NCBI GenBank assembly: GCA_045588915.1
Contig: JAZNFA010000007.1
Span: 1,851-65,850, forward strand
Direction: 5' to 3'
DNA from: Clostridia bacterium
Lineage (GTDB): Bacteria; Bacillota; Clostridia; Christensenellales; UBA1242
DNA: 64,000 nt
Below the pieces are notes generated by a model. It had not been told where the DNA came from, made no database searches, and saw only the letters and a program-made list of their open reading frames with translations. A program made the translations under genes and the position numbers. Shown here in pieces: positions 47,773 through 57,197 of the stretch (position 1 is the first letter of the stretch; every line of letters begins with the position of its first letter).

Positions 47773-49083
47773 ATGGAATATGTTTTTAGGTTCAACGAAA
47801 GCAGTACTGACAAACGGGTTGTAGCATTAAAAGAACTTTTTCAAAAAAACGGTTACGAAGTTTTAGGGTTTAATGATAAAACTGAAAGTAAGGGAATTTA
47901 TTACCTAGAACCTCGTGTGAAGTTTGAACAAAATTTTTGGAAAACAGTGGTTAAGGGGAGTTTGGTTTTTGGTTATCAAACTGTAATTGATGATGTACCG
48001 GATGGTATCACGTATATAAGTTTAAATAATGACCCTAACTTTATTGAAGCTAATAATGAACTAACTGCAAAAGCTTTTAAGCAAATTATCGAGCTAAATA
48101 AATTTAAAACAAAGAAAATTTTAATCTGTGGTTATGGTAAATTAACAGCGGCTTTAGAAAAAGTTTTTAGCGATTGGAAGATTGCTATTTTGAATTTTAA
48201 TTGGCACAAAATGCCTGAGCTAACAAAAAAATATGAAAATTTAGCTTTTTTTAAAAAAGCACCATATCACGAATTTCCTGTAATTGTGAATACCATTCCG
48301 TGTAATTTGATTCAAATGTCAGATTGGCAACAGTCACGATACAAACAAAAAATATATGATTTAGCATCAGCGCCCTTTGGTTTTGATTGGAGTGGCGTTA
48401 AGCAAGAAGATTTTGATTACGAGATTTTGCCTGGTTTGCCGGGAAGGTTTTATCCAGAAGAAGCTGCTCGTGTGGTTTTTGATGCAATTCAACGCTATTT
48501 AAAAACTAATGCAAAGCCTGCTTGGGTTTTGTGCATTACGGGAAGTGCGTGTAGCTTTGTTAGACTGATTAAAGTATTAAATCAGTTAGTGGAGCACTAT
48601 GAAATCTTTCCGGTAATTTCTCCAAATGCGAATGTGCCCAATCGCTTTATTGATAATTTAACCTTTCAAAGTGAAATTAGACGCATAACTGGTCACGAAA
48701 TAATTACTAACATTGCAGGGGCTGAACGGTTGTCAAGTATGCCAAATTTAAAGGGAAGTGTTGTCTTTCCTGCCACTGGGAATACGATTGCTAAATTAAC
48801 TCACGGAATTACCGATACGTGCGTTCTGATGGCTGTGAAGGCGTTATTACGCAATGATAAACCTTGCGTGATTGGTCTGGCAACAAATGATGCTTTGTCG
48901 GGTAATGCAAAAAATATTGGTGAGTTAATGAATCGTCGTAATTATTATTTTGTACCATTCCGTCAAGATGCACCAATTACAAAGCCACATTCGTGTGTTT
49001 GTGATTTTGATATGGTGTTGCCAACGATGCAAAGTGCATTGCAAGGTCAACAAATTCAACCATTTATCTTAGGCGTAGTTTAA
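47773..49083 (+). CDS. Fused dipicolinate synthase DpaA-DpaB (SpoVFA-SpoVFB)
   Basis: N-half: ILICGYGK, IVNTIP, DLAS.P.G.D, PGLPGR (DpaA). C-half: ITGS.C, PATGNTIAKL, GITDT.VLMA.KA.LRN, TNDAL, YFVPF.QD...KP.S (DpaB). Confidence 0.85.
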   Translation: MEYVFRFNESSTDKRVVALKELFQKNGYEVLGFNDKTESKGIYYLEPRVKFEQNFWKTVVKGSLVFGYQTVIDDVPDGITYISLNNDPNFIEANNELTAKAFKQIIELNKFKTKKILICGYGKLTAALEKVFSDWKIAILNFNWHKMPELTKKYENLAFFKKAPYHEFPVIVNTIPCNLIQMSDWQQSRYKQKIYDLASAPFGFDWSGVKQEDFDYEILPGLPGRFYPEEAARVVFDAIQRYLKTNAKPAWVLCITGSACSFVRLIKVLNQLVEHYEIFPVISPNANVPNRFIDNLTFQSEIRRITGHEIITNIAGAERLSSMPNLKGSVVFPATGNTIAKLTHGITDTCVLMAVKALLRNDKPCVIGLATNDALSGNAKNIGELMNRRNYYFVPFRQDAPITKPHSCVCDFDMVLPTMQSALQGQQIQPFILGVV

Positions 49084-49383
49084 TGTTTGGTCTATGATTC
49101 TTTTAAGCAGTTGTGGATGTTTGACACCAACAATTGAAGTTAGGAATTGCCCATAGCGAAAAAGTAGCAGAGTAGGAAGCGATGTAATTTTATACTTTTG
49201 TAACAGTATTGGAAATTTATCAGCATTAATTTGGTAAAATTTAATTTGAGTAAAATCTTTTTCTAAATTATTAAGGATAGGGGTCATAATCTGGCAATTC
49301 AAACATCCTGTACTGTAAATCTCAAGGACTATTTTTCCTTTTGATAATTGTTCAGTAATTTCATTGGCATTTAAATTTTTCAT
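49069..49383 (-). CDS. Thioredoxin family protein
   Basis: CLNC motif, I.SLPTLLLF cis-Pro loop, 104 aa. Confidence 0.85.
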   Translation of the reverse strand: MKNLNANEITEQLSKGKIVLEIYSTGCLNCQIMTPILNNLEKDFTQIKFYQINADKFPILLQKYKITSLPTLLLFRYGQFLTSIVGVKHPQLLKRIIDQTLNYA

Positions 49384-49454
49384 TATTTATTTTATGGCTG
49401 AGAATTATTTTCTGCCACTTTACAAATTTTGTAGTTATGTTATTATATAATAAC

Positions 49455-49531
49455 GTTTCCGTAGCTCAGTTGGATAGAGCATCGCCCTTCTAAGGCGAGG
49501 GTCCCGTGTTCGAGCCACGGCGGAAACACCA
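49455..49531 (+). tRNA. tRNA-Arg (TCT)
   Basis: GTTTCCGTAGCTCAGTTGGATAGAGCA-TCGCC-CT-TCT-AA-GGCGA...GTTCGAG...CGGAAACACCA. Confidence 0.95.
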
Positions 49532-49541
49532 TAAAACCATC

Positions 49542-49592
49542 AAATCAACTGTAAATTTCGTCGCCGAACGAAAATCAGTTGATTTTTTTTTT
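49542..49592 (+). terminator. Intrinsic terminator after tRNA-Arg
   Basis: aaatcaactg...tttcgt/acgaaa...cagttgattt followed by a T tract. Confidence 0.7.
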
Positions 49593-49635
49593 TCTATTAT
49601 AAGTTAAGTAGTAGTGTACATACTAAATGTATTAC

Positions 49636-50870
49636 TGCAAAAAAGGAGGAAACAAATGAAAAAAACAGTTGTATGGATTTTTGTTTTAACGATGACGATA
49701 TGCGCAACTTTGGTATTAAGTTTCTCATGCATCAGTATCAGTTTGCAAAATTCTATATTAAAAAATGAAGTAGGTGATTTAAACAACAAAAATAGCGAAT
49801 TAAATAAACAAGTTCAAGATTTGAACAACGTAATTGGCGATTTGCAAGAAACGGTTAACTTCTTTGAAAATCAAATTGCTTTGATTACTTATGAAGTTAA
49901 TGGTCAAGTTTGGAAAATCGACGTTGCCCAAGTTGGCGAAAAAATTGAGTTGCCTGTTGCCCCCGACACAGCAACCGAAATCTTTAACGGTTGGAAAGTG
50001 GAAGGCGATGACAAAGTATATGCTGGTACTTACGAAGCAACGGCTGGCGTAAAATTCGTTGCAGATATGTTTAACCCGACAGAAATCAAAGGTTCATGGC
50101 AACCAATGGAATGGAAGGGTGTAACTGAACCTTATGGTGGTAGTATATGGACCGATGGTGTCGATCTATATTTTGGTTTTGATTATCGTTTGGATAAAGC
50201 AACCAATACATGGGAACCAATAACAATGAATTGGGAAGGAGAAACGCCTGAATTTTATACTTTTAATAATTGTTGTTGGACAGATGACATAAATTGTTAT
50301 TTTTCACAAAATGAAGAAAACCAATATGTATTTGATAGAGAAACACTTACATGGAAAACAATGGAATGGAATTTGAACGGTATTGATGCACGCTATTTTA
50401 GCGGAGATTATATTTTTAAATATCAAGGTAAAATTTATTATGCATATACAGCCAGTGGGTATAATTCGTATTTTTATGTTTTAGACGTTGCTACACATAC
50501 ATGGCAAAATATGAATTGGACATTTGAAGGTAATTACTTAGATGGAAATAATGTCGTTATTATTGGTGATATTTGTTATGGTAAATATTATGATTCGTAT
50601 AGAATTGACTTTGATAACAAAAAATTAGTAACTGTTAACTTTACTGGTGATTATACAGGTACTGTTAATAAAAATAATCTTTGGACAGATGGTGAACATT
50701 ATTATGTTAATGACAATAACAAAACATATTTCCTTAATCCAGGGGCATTATATTTTACCGAAATTACGTGGGATGTAGATGGTGTTGAGTATGGTAATTG
50801 TATTTGGACGGACGGTACAAATTGCTATTATTCAAGTGGTAGCAATCAATACGTATTCGTTAAAGCGTAA
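49636..50870 (+). CDS. Membrane-anchored/secreted protein: coiled coil, InlB-B-like repeat, Trp/Tyr-rich repeats (probable beta-propeller)
   Basis: AGGAGG RBS before ATG 49636; N-terminal TM; heptads; FNGW motif; repeated WTDG..YY / TW..M.W units. Confidence 0.75.
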
Positions 50871-50882
50871 CATTTGCAACAT

Positions 50883-50914
50883 AAAAAAGGGCTTGTCATC
50901 GCAAGCCCTTTTTT
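50883..50914. terminator. Bidirectional intrinsic terminator
   Basis: aaaaaagggcttg-tcatcg-caagccctttttt between convergent genes. Confidence 0.85.
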
Positions 50915-50920
50915 GATTGA

Positions 50921-52903
50921 TTACGAAAGAAGTTTATCTAATTCTACTGGTTTTTCTTTTAGTTTTTCAATACTTTCTTTAGTTTCAGTAGTGGGTTTTT
51001 GTTTGGATTCTGAATCTTTAGTAGCAACTTTATTTTCTTCTGTCGTGATTTTAATATCATCTTTGTTGAAGTCTTTAATTTCATTAAGTTTTTTGTTTTC
51101 AGTATCAGAATCTGATTTACTAATATATTTGTCTAAATCAACTTCTTTTTCTTCTAAATCATTGATGTCGCCTTTATCTTCTGTTTCTTGAATAGGAGTC
51201 TCAACATCATCACCACCATAAATTGGATTGTCATTTCCTTGTTCATTATCGCCAGGGTTTTGTTCATCGCCAGGGTTCGTTGGGTCTTCTGGGGTTTGTT
51301 CATCGCCGGGTTTTTCGTTGTCACCAGGATTTTCGTTACCAGGATTTTCATTATCTCCTGGTTTTTCGTTATCGCCAGGGTTTTGTTCGTCGCCAGGTTT
51401 CGTTGGGTCTTCTGGGTTTTGTTCGTCGCCGGGGTTCGTTGGATCTTCTGGTTCTTGTCCCGGATCATCCGGAATTGGGGTCTGTGGATTTTGATTTTTG
51501 TTAAGATCAAATGTATAACCAAAACCAACAAAGATTCGAATATTCATATTTTTGGTTTTAAATGTTGCACCTACTGATGCACCAACATCTAACAACATAC
51601 GTTGAATGTTAGCTAAACTGTTTGCGCTGAAGTCTAATGCAAATTTATTGTTGATGTCCCATTTGTAGCCACCGTAGATTCCGAATGGGGTACTGATACC
51701 TTTCTTGTCAAATTGAATACCACCTTTCAAGCCAACATATGCGCCGTGGTTATTGTTAAATGTCTTACCAACACCAATTTTAGGCAAAAGTTGCGCTGCG
51801 TCAAGGCCGCCATTGATACCTTTATTAAGATTTAAATCACCACCGAAAGACAAGTTAACATCTTTAGAAAGATTGTTAGTTACATCCAAACCAAGACCGA
51901 TTCCTGTGTATTTATTGGTTGTGTTTGATGATACGCTAATATTAACTTTATTGTTGTTCTTTTTAGCGATTTGTTTTGTCATAATTTCAGGTTTAATGTC
52001 AGTATCATAACCTAAAATTTGCAATCTTTTTAACATACGGTTTTTTGCGTGTCCCGATGCGTATTCAAAAAGAACAGCACGAGTTTGTTTTTTTGTTCCA
52101 AACATTGGATCTGGTAATAAGTTTGCTGTTTTGTCAATTAAATCAAGTAATAATAAATAATCATTTTCGCCAATTTTGGTTTTACAGGTAATGTCTTTAA
52201 TTTTTGTAAAATTATTTTTAATTTGTTTAGCAATGTTTGCGCCATTTTTTCCGTGAACTGCATATTCATATTCACAATAATCAAGAATGATTTTTTCTAA
52301 AGAATCAAATAAAGCAAAACATTCTTTACGAACATCGCGTTTTTCTTGACTGCTTATTTTAAAGTGTTGGTTTTTTCCGTCACGTTCATCAAGAACTGCA
52401 ATTTCGGCTTCTTCTGCTTGAAGACGAACCATTGCTAAAGTATCTAAAATTATATGAATGTTGTGTTGAACTATACTACGTGCAACTTGAAGGTTTTGTT
52501 CATTTGTTGTTTTCGCGCCACGGTTTGCAGCAATATCGTTATATTGTTCTTTTGTTAAACCTGAGTTTGAAACAGTATGACTTTCTAAAGAGTTATATCC
52601 ACTTGCTAATGCTAGCGTATTAGCATTCATTTCAATGATTAAATCTGAAAGTTCTGCTTGAACTTTGTCTTCAGACATTTCGTCTTTATTTGTTAATGTG
52701 TTTAACTTACTGTTTAAAATTTTCTTTAATGTAAGTTGTGCATTTTTATCACTAAAATTTGAAATTACTTTTTCGTATGGTACAATTTTATTACCAAGTG
52801 ATGTGTTCTTGTTATAAGTTTGGTGATCTAATGCGGCTGCGTTACAATGAAGCATACCAGCCAATAAAAAAGATGATAATAATTTTTTTAAATTTTTTCC
52901 CAT
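50921..52903 (-). CDS. Secreted protein: helical N-domain, beta-barrel-like domain, PGD(E/N) repeats, charged tail
   Basis: Signal-peptide-like start MGKNLKKLLSSFLLAGML..AAA; amphipathic strands ending GFGYTF; TTGACT-17-TAATAT 6 nt before ATG. Confidence 0.75.
   Translation of the reverse strand: MGKNLKKLLSSFLLAGMLHCNAAALDHQTYNKNTSLGNKIVPYEKVISNFSDKNAQLTLKKILNSKLNTLTNKDEMSEDKVQAELSDLIIEMNANTLALASGYNSLESHTVSNSGLTKEQYNDIAANRGAKTTNEQNLQVARSIVQHNIHIILDTLAMVRLQAEEAEIAVLDERDGKNQHFKISSQEKRDVRKECFALFDSLEKIILDYCEYEYAVHGKNGANIAKQIKNNFTKIKDITCKTKIGENDYLLLLDLIDKTANLLPDPMFGTKKQTRAVLFEYASGHAKNRMLKRLQILGYDTDIKPEIMTKQIAKKNNNKVNISVSSNTTNKYTGIGLGLDVTNNLSKDVNLSFGGDLNLNKGINGGLDAAQLLPKIGVGKTFNNNHGAYVGLKGGIQFDKKGISTPFGIYGGYKWDINNKFALDFSANSLANIQRMLLDVGASVGATFKTKNMNIRIFVGFGYTFDLNKNQNPQTPIPDDPGQEPEDPTNPGDEQNPEDPTKPGDEQNPGDNEKPGDNENPGNENPGDNEKPGDEQTPEDPTNPGDEQNPGDNEQGNDNPIYGGDDVETPIQETEDKGDINDLEEKEVDLDKYISKSDSDTENKKLNEIKDFNKDDIKITTEENKVATKDSESKQKPTTETKESIEKLKEKPVELDKLLS
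51235..51480 (-). repeat. Intragenic tandem repeats (18-bp/6-aa units: PGDEQN, PEDPTN, PGDNEK)
   Basis: Repeated (a/g)tcgcc(a/g)gg(g/t)tt and ttcgttgg(g/a)tcttctgg units. Confidence 0.85.
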
Positions 52904-53007
52904 GCTTTAATATTACCAAAAAACTCAGTCATAGTCAATATTTCAAAAAAAATATTTCAACAATTTTTATTTGTCTTTATTTTTATTAATGTTTATTATA
53001 TTTATAA

Positions 53008-53829
53008 ATGAGTCAGAAAAGTATTGACGATGATTATAAAATTTCTGTTGTTATGTCAGTTTATAAAAATGATATTGCAGAAAATTTTAAACTTGCTGTA
53101 GATAGCATATTAAATCAAAGCTATTTACCTAGTGAAATAATTTTAATTGTGGATGGACCAATACCTGAGGATGTTAATCAAATTGTTGCAAACTTTGAAA
53201 AAAATTCTATCTTTAACATAATTAGATTTGAAAATAATTGTGGATTGGGTAAAGTGCTTGAATATGGTTGTAATCAAGCCAAATACCCAATAATCGCTAG
53301 GATGGATAGTGATGATATTTCTGAGCCGTTTCGATTCGAGAAACAAATAAATTACTTGAAAAATAATCAGGATTGTGATGTTTTAGGTTCTTTTGGTAAT
53401 AAATTTTTATATTCAAAAAAGAAATATTTTAACAAATTACCAATAACAGACACTGAGATTAAAAAATACATAAAAAAACGATGTCCTTTTTATCATATGA
53501 CAATAATGATGAAAAAATCAGTACTTATGAAGTGTGGAAATTATAAAGACTGGTATTTAGCAGAGGATTACTATTTGTGGATTAGGATGTGCTTAGGTGG
53601 TGTTAAATTTTATAATTATCCTGAAGCTTTAGTGAATATTAGGGTGGATTACTGTACTTTATTACGTCGTCATGGTATGAAATATTTTAAAAGCATAGCA
53701 GGTCTATTCAAACTGATGTATCATCATAAAATGATAGGTATTTTTTCTTATTATAAAAATATTGTAACCCGTTTCATATACCACGTGCTAATACCAATAA
53801 AAATTAAGCAGCTATTTCATAAATCATAA
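53008..53829 (+). CDS. Glycosyltransferase family 2
   Basis: SVVMSVY, VDGP, N.GLG, IARMDSDD, EDYYLW.R. Confidence 0.9.
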   Translation: MSQKSIDDDYKISVVMSVYKNDIAENFKLAVDSILNQSYLPSEIILIVDGPIPEDVNQIVANFEKNSIFNIIRFENNCGLGKVLEYGCNQAKYPIIARMDSDDISEPFRFEKQINYLKNNQDCDVLGSFGNKFLYSKKKYFNKLPITDTEIKKYIKKRCPFYHMTIMMKKSVLMKCGNYKDWYLAEDYYLWIRMCLGGVKFYNYPEALVNIRVDYCTLLRRHGMKYFKSIAGLFKLMYHHKMIGIFSYYKNIVTRFIYHVLIPIKIKQLFHKS

Positions 53830-53874
53830 AAAGTACTTGTCAATTATTTATACTGTGGTATAATAATCATATTC

Positions 53875-53949
53875 GCGGGAGTAGCACAGCGGTAGTGCGT
53901 CGCCTTGCCAAGGCGAAGGTCGTGAGTTCGAACCTCATTTCCCGCTCCA
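53875..53949 (+). tRNA. tRNA-Gly (GCC)
   Basis: GCGGGAGTAGCACAGCGGTAGTGCG-TCGCC-TT-GCC-AA-GGCGA...GTTCGAAC...TCCCGCTCCA; TTGTCA...TGgTATAAT upstream. Confidence 0.95.
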
Positions 53950-53973
53950 AAGTAAATAAAAAAATAGAGGCGA

Positions 53974-55080
53974 TTATGCCTCTATTTTTAATTGTGATGA
54001 TAATGTTTGCCAAGCTTTTGTAACAGCTTTCTCTTTTTTACTTTCAAGCATAATACGGAGGATTGGCTCAGTTCCACTTTTGCGAATGACTTTACGTATA
54101 TTTCGAGGATTGAAATTTTGAAGTATTGTTTCATAATCATCTGGCAAATCGTCGATATTTACATTATAACAAATTTGATAATAAGGTCGATATGTGTTTA
54201 GAATTGCCTGTAAGCCTTCAATACCTTTTTCTTTGTAAGCATTTGCTACCAAAATAATTGCATCAAGCGCATCCGAAGAGCTATTGTTAGTTTCAAAATA
54301 ATAGTGACCACTTTTTTCTGCACCAAGAATAACGTGTGAAGATCGCATAAAACTTAAAACACTTTGTCCACCAACTTTACTGCGAATAATATTAAAATTA
54401 CGTTCTAAGCCACTATTGACAGTTTCATCGATAACAATTGTTTTTAAGTTGAGTAGTGTAGCAAGTAATATTGTAACTTCTTCACTTGATAATACATGGT
54501 CGTGTAAATACATCATAAAACGGTCGGCATCTCCATCAACTGCAAATCCAATTTCTAAATTATTTTTTTGACAGTAATCGTTTAAAAATTCTGGGTGAGT
54601 TGCACCACAGCCTTCGTTAATTTCTCCATCACCACAGTTAACAATGTTGGTGAAGCCTAAGCTGTTTAATTTATGTCCTAAGCCACCATTTGCACAATCT
54701 ATGATAATATCTTTAGGTAATAAATCCCATTTATGATAAGCAGGGACAGGTGGTAAATCTAACTTGCTTTGTTCTATGTGATTTAGATAGATTTTAAAAC
54801 CACAGTATCTGCAAGGATTATGAGATGCTGTAATCATTACAGCCAAACCATTTTGAGCAGCCAATTCGGGTGTAGTAGTAATGCCTAAATTATGAATTGT
54901 ACCAGGGAAGTGCTTAATAAATTCTTCCATCAATTTATCGCTTCCAGTACGCCCATCACGAGCAATTGAAATTTCTTGCCAACCAACTGTATACAAACTT
55001 TCTGCAATTTCTTTAGCAACACGATTTTTTAATAAGTTACTAGTTAAATCTCGAATACCAGAGGTTCCAAACTTTAGCAT
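53974..55080 (-). CDS. glmM: Phosphoglucosamine mutase / phosphohexomutase (shortened)
   Basis: FGTSGIR, TASHNP, DCANG, IN.GCGATH, DGDADR, GAEKSGH, RKSGTEP..R.M.E. Confidence 0.75.
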   Translation of the reverse strand: MLKFGTSGIRDLTSNLLKNRVAKEIAESLYTVGWQEISIARDGRTGSDKLMEEFIKHFPGTIHNLGITTTPELAAQNGLAVMITASHNPCRYCGFKIYLNHIEQSKLDLPPVPAYHKWDLLPKDIIIDCANGGLGHKLNSLGFTNIVNCGDGEINEGCGATHPEFLNDYCQKNNLEIGFAVDGDADRFMMYLHDHVLSSEEVTILLATLLNLKTIVIDETVNSGLERNFNIIRSKVGGQSVLSFMRSSHVILGAEKSGHYYFETNNSSSDALDAIILVANAYKEKGIEGLQAILNTYRPYYQICYNVNIDDLPDDYETILQNFNPRNIRKVIRKSGTEPILRIMLESKKEKAVTKAWQTLSSQLKIEA

Positions 55081-55086
55081 TTTAAT

Positions 55087-55863
55087 TTACTCCTTTATTA
55101 AATCTTTTAGCCAATCCTTAAATTCAGGAATAGCTTTATATGTCGCATAAGTGGTCGCTTGAGCAAAACCTAATGGGTTACCTAAGTCAAAGCGTTTACC
55201 AGTTAATTCGACGTGACGCAATTTTGGTAATTTGTTGATTGCATCAACTATACATATTTCACCTTCGTCATCTTTATGTTCTCGAATAAAATTAAGTACT
55301 TCAGGTACTAAAACATAAGTACCAAGTGAAGCAAAATTTGAAGGTGGATTTGTTTTTGGTTTTTCAATAATACCTTCAATTTCGTTGCCTTCTTTTGGAA
55401 TAATAATACCGTAACGATAAGCAACTTCTAGTGGAATTTTATAAGAAGATAAAACTGATGTTTGGTGTTCTTTAAAATCATCGATTAAAACTTTGTATGG
55501 ATTTTGTTCTAACATTAATTCATCTGGAAAAATTAATAAGAATGGGTCATTTTTAATAAAATCCTTAGCAATCATAGTTGCAGGACCGGTACCTTCCATT
55601 TTCAATTGTTTTGCATAAGAAATTTTAATATCTGGATACATACCATTAAAGTGATTAATGATACATTCCTTACTATCGCTAATGACGATAAAAATTTCTT
55701 TTACTCCCGCTTCAATTACTTGTTCAACAATTAGTTGCAATAATGGTGTCGTTTGGACGGGAAGCATCTCCTTTGGTTGTGATTTTGTGTATGGCATCAT
55801 ACGTGTACCTCTTCCAGCACAAAGTATGACGGCCTTTTTTATCTCTTGTTTTGAGTTTTCCAT
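55087..55863 (-). CDS. galU: UTP--glucose-1-phosphate uridylyltransferase-like nucleotidyltransferase
   Basis: KAVILCAGRGTRM.P.TK..PKEMLP, IEKP, R.DLG...G. Confidence 0.75.
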   Translation of the reverse strand: MENSKQEIKKAVILCAGRGTRMMPYTKSQPKEMLPVQTTPLLQLIVEQVIEAGVKEIFIVISDSKECIINHFNGMYPDIKISYAKQLKMEGTGPATMIAKDFIKNDPFLLIFPDELMLEQNPYKVLIDDFKEHQTSVLSSYKIPLEVAYRYGIIIPKEGNEIEGIIEKPKTNPPSNFASLGTYVLVPEVLNFIREHKDDEGEICIVDAINKLPKLRHVELTGKRFDLGNPLGFAQATTYATYKAIPEFKDWLKDLIKE

Positions 55864-55962
55864 ATTACCTCTTTTATATTATTTTTGGTTTAAAATTTAA
55901 AACTCTAAACCATTAAAATATAACATACGAGTTTGAGTGCAACAACTAAATTATTAAGTGCT

Positions 55963-56949
55963 TTATTTAATACGGAAAGAAAGAAGTTTCTCACGCACCT
56001 GTTCGGCTCTTTTTTTGTCGCATTGAATTTGGTTCGATTTTTGGATATGATGATTTGTTGCGATAGTGGCAGGTTTTGTGATAAAAAACAAGTCATCAAT
56101 AATCCGATTATTACGAAAAGAAAGAATCTTAAAACCAATACCTAATTTAAGCCAAGCTAATTGTTCAATGGCTTCGTTGCTTGTTAATAAATGCGCATTG
56201 GTTAATGTACCCCAAGCGCGCATAACCTTATCAATGATTTGGTCGCGTGATTTTTGCCATAATTCACGTTGTAAATTTAATTCTGTGGTGGCAAGTTTAG
56301 TGATAATATTGTTCATCATGGAAATGATTTCGGCATCTGACATTGTTATACAATTTTGGTTTGAAATTTGATAGATGCAACCAGTAGCATTACTATTTTC
56401 ACCATAAGCACCACGTATTGTAATTTTTTGATTATCTAATTCATTAAATACAGCTGTAATTTTTTTTGTCATAGTTAGAGCTGGTAAATAAATCATAACG
56501 CTCGCACGGATGCCTCCTCCTAAGTTGGTAGGGCATTTAGTTAAATAACCAAGTGTTTTGTCTTTGGCGATATCAAATTTCGTTTCTAGGTTGTTGGCAA
56601 GGCTTTTAGCAATCTGATATGTTTCCCATAAGTTATAGTGATTTGTGATGGTTTGTATACGAATATGATCTTCTTCGCCGAGCATAATGTTTATTGTGTT
56701 ATCGGCGTTAGTTATAAATACACCAAAATTTGCGTTGCGAAGAAAATCAGCACTAATTAAATGCTGTTCAAATAAACTGTCACGAATTTCTAATTCATTG
56801 AGATTAAAAGCCGTTAAGTTATTGTTTTGTTGAGTTATAAATGCTGCAATGTTTGTGTAAATATCACGCTTGGAATAATTAAATGGAATGTATGCAATAT
56901 TTCTTGCTAAACGAATCCGAGTTGATAAAATTAAATTATCTAAATTCAT
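55963..56949 (-). CDS. mcsB: Protein arginine kinase
   Basis: STRIRLARN, EEDHIRIQ, GYLT.CPTNLG.G.RASVM, RG.YGE, YQISNQ. Confidence 0.93.
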   Translation of the reverse strand: MNLDNLILSTRIRLARNIAYIPFNYSKRDIYTNIAAFITQQNNNLTAFNLNELEIRDSLFEQHLISADFLRNANFGVFITNADNTINIMLGEEDHIRIQTITNHYNLWETYQIAKSLANNLETKFDIAKDKTLGYLTKCPTNLGGGIRASVMIYLPALTMTKKITAVFNELDNQKITIRGAYGENSNATGCIYQISNQNCITMSDAEIISMMNNIITKLATTELNLQRELWQKSRDQIIDKVMRAWGTLTNAHLLTSNEAIEQLAWLKLGIGFKILSFRNNRIIDDLFFITKPATIATNHHIQKSNQIQCDKKRAEQVREKLLSFRIK

Positions 56950-57154
56950 TTATATACGACTCCAATTCTTTTTTGAAATATTGATAACATTCTGAACACC
57001 CTAAAAAGCCAGTTCTTATAAATTCATTAAAATCATAACCACAATTTCCACAAATTTTTGATTGTAAATGTGGAACAGTAAATTCATTTGTTTGGGTTTC
57101 GGGTAATGATTTTGTTGAATAAACTTTTTTCACTGGTTCATAGTGTGTGATCAT
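56936..57154 (-). CDS. mcsA: Truncated McsA-like zinc-binding protein
   Basis: CGNCG..F.EF..TG.LGCSECY..F motif; overlaps mcsB; lacks the N-terminal CXXC pair and the UVR domain. Confidence 0.75.
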   Translation of the reverse strand: MITHYEPVKKVYSTKSLPETQTNEFTVPHLQSKICGNCGYDFNEFIRTGFLGCSECYQYFKKELESYINEFR

Positions 57155-57197
57155 AAAATTAGTATACAATAATTCGTAAAAATACTACAATCAATAT

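Noticed and set aside
49636-50870. DGR target protein
   Set aside because: No reverse transcriptase and no template-repeat copy seen in the window.
51235-51480. CRISPR-like periodicity
   Set aside because: Repeats are in-frame coding units without unique spacers; no cas genes.
51154-51577. Several overlapping alternative-frame and antisense ORFs
   Set aside because: Explained by the stop-poor 18-bp tandem repeats of the 660-aa gene.
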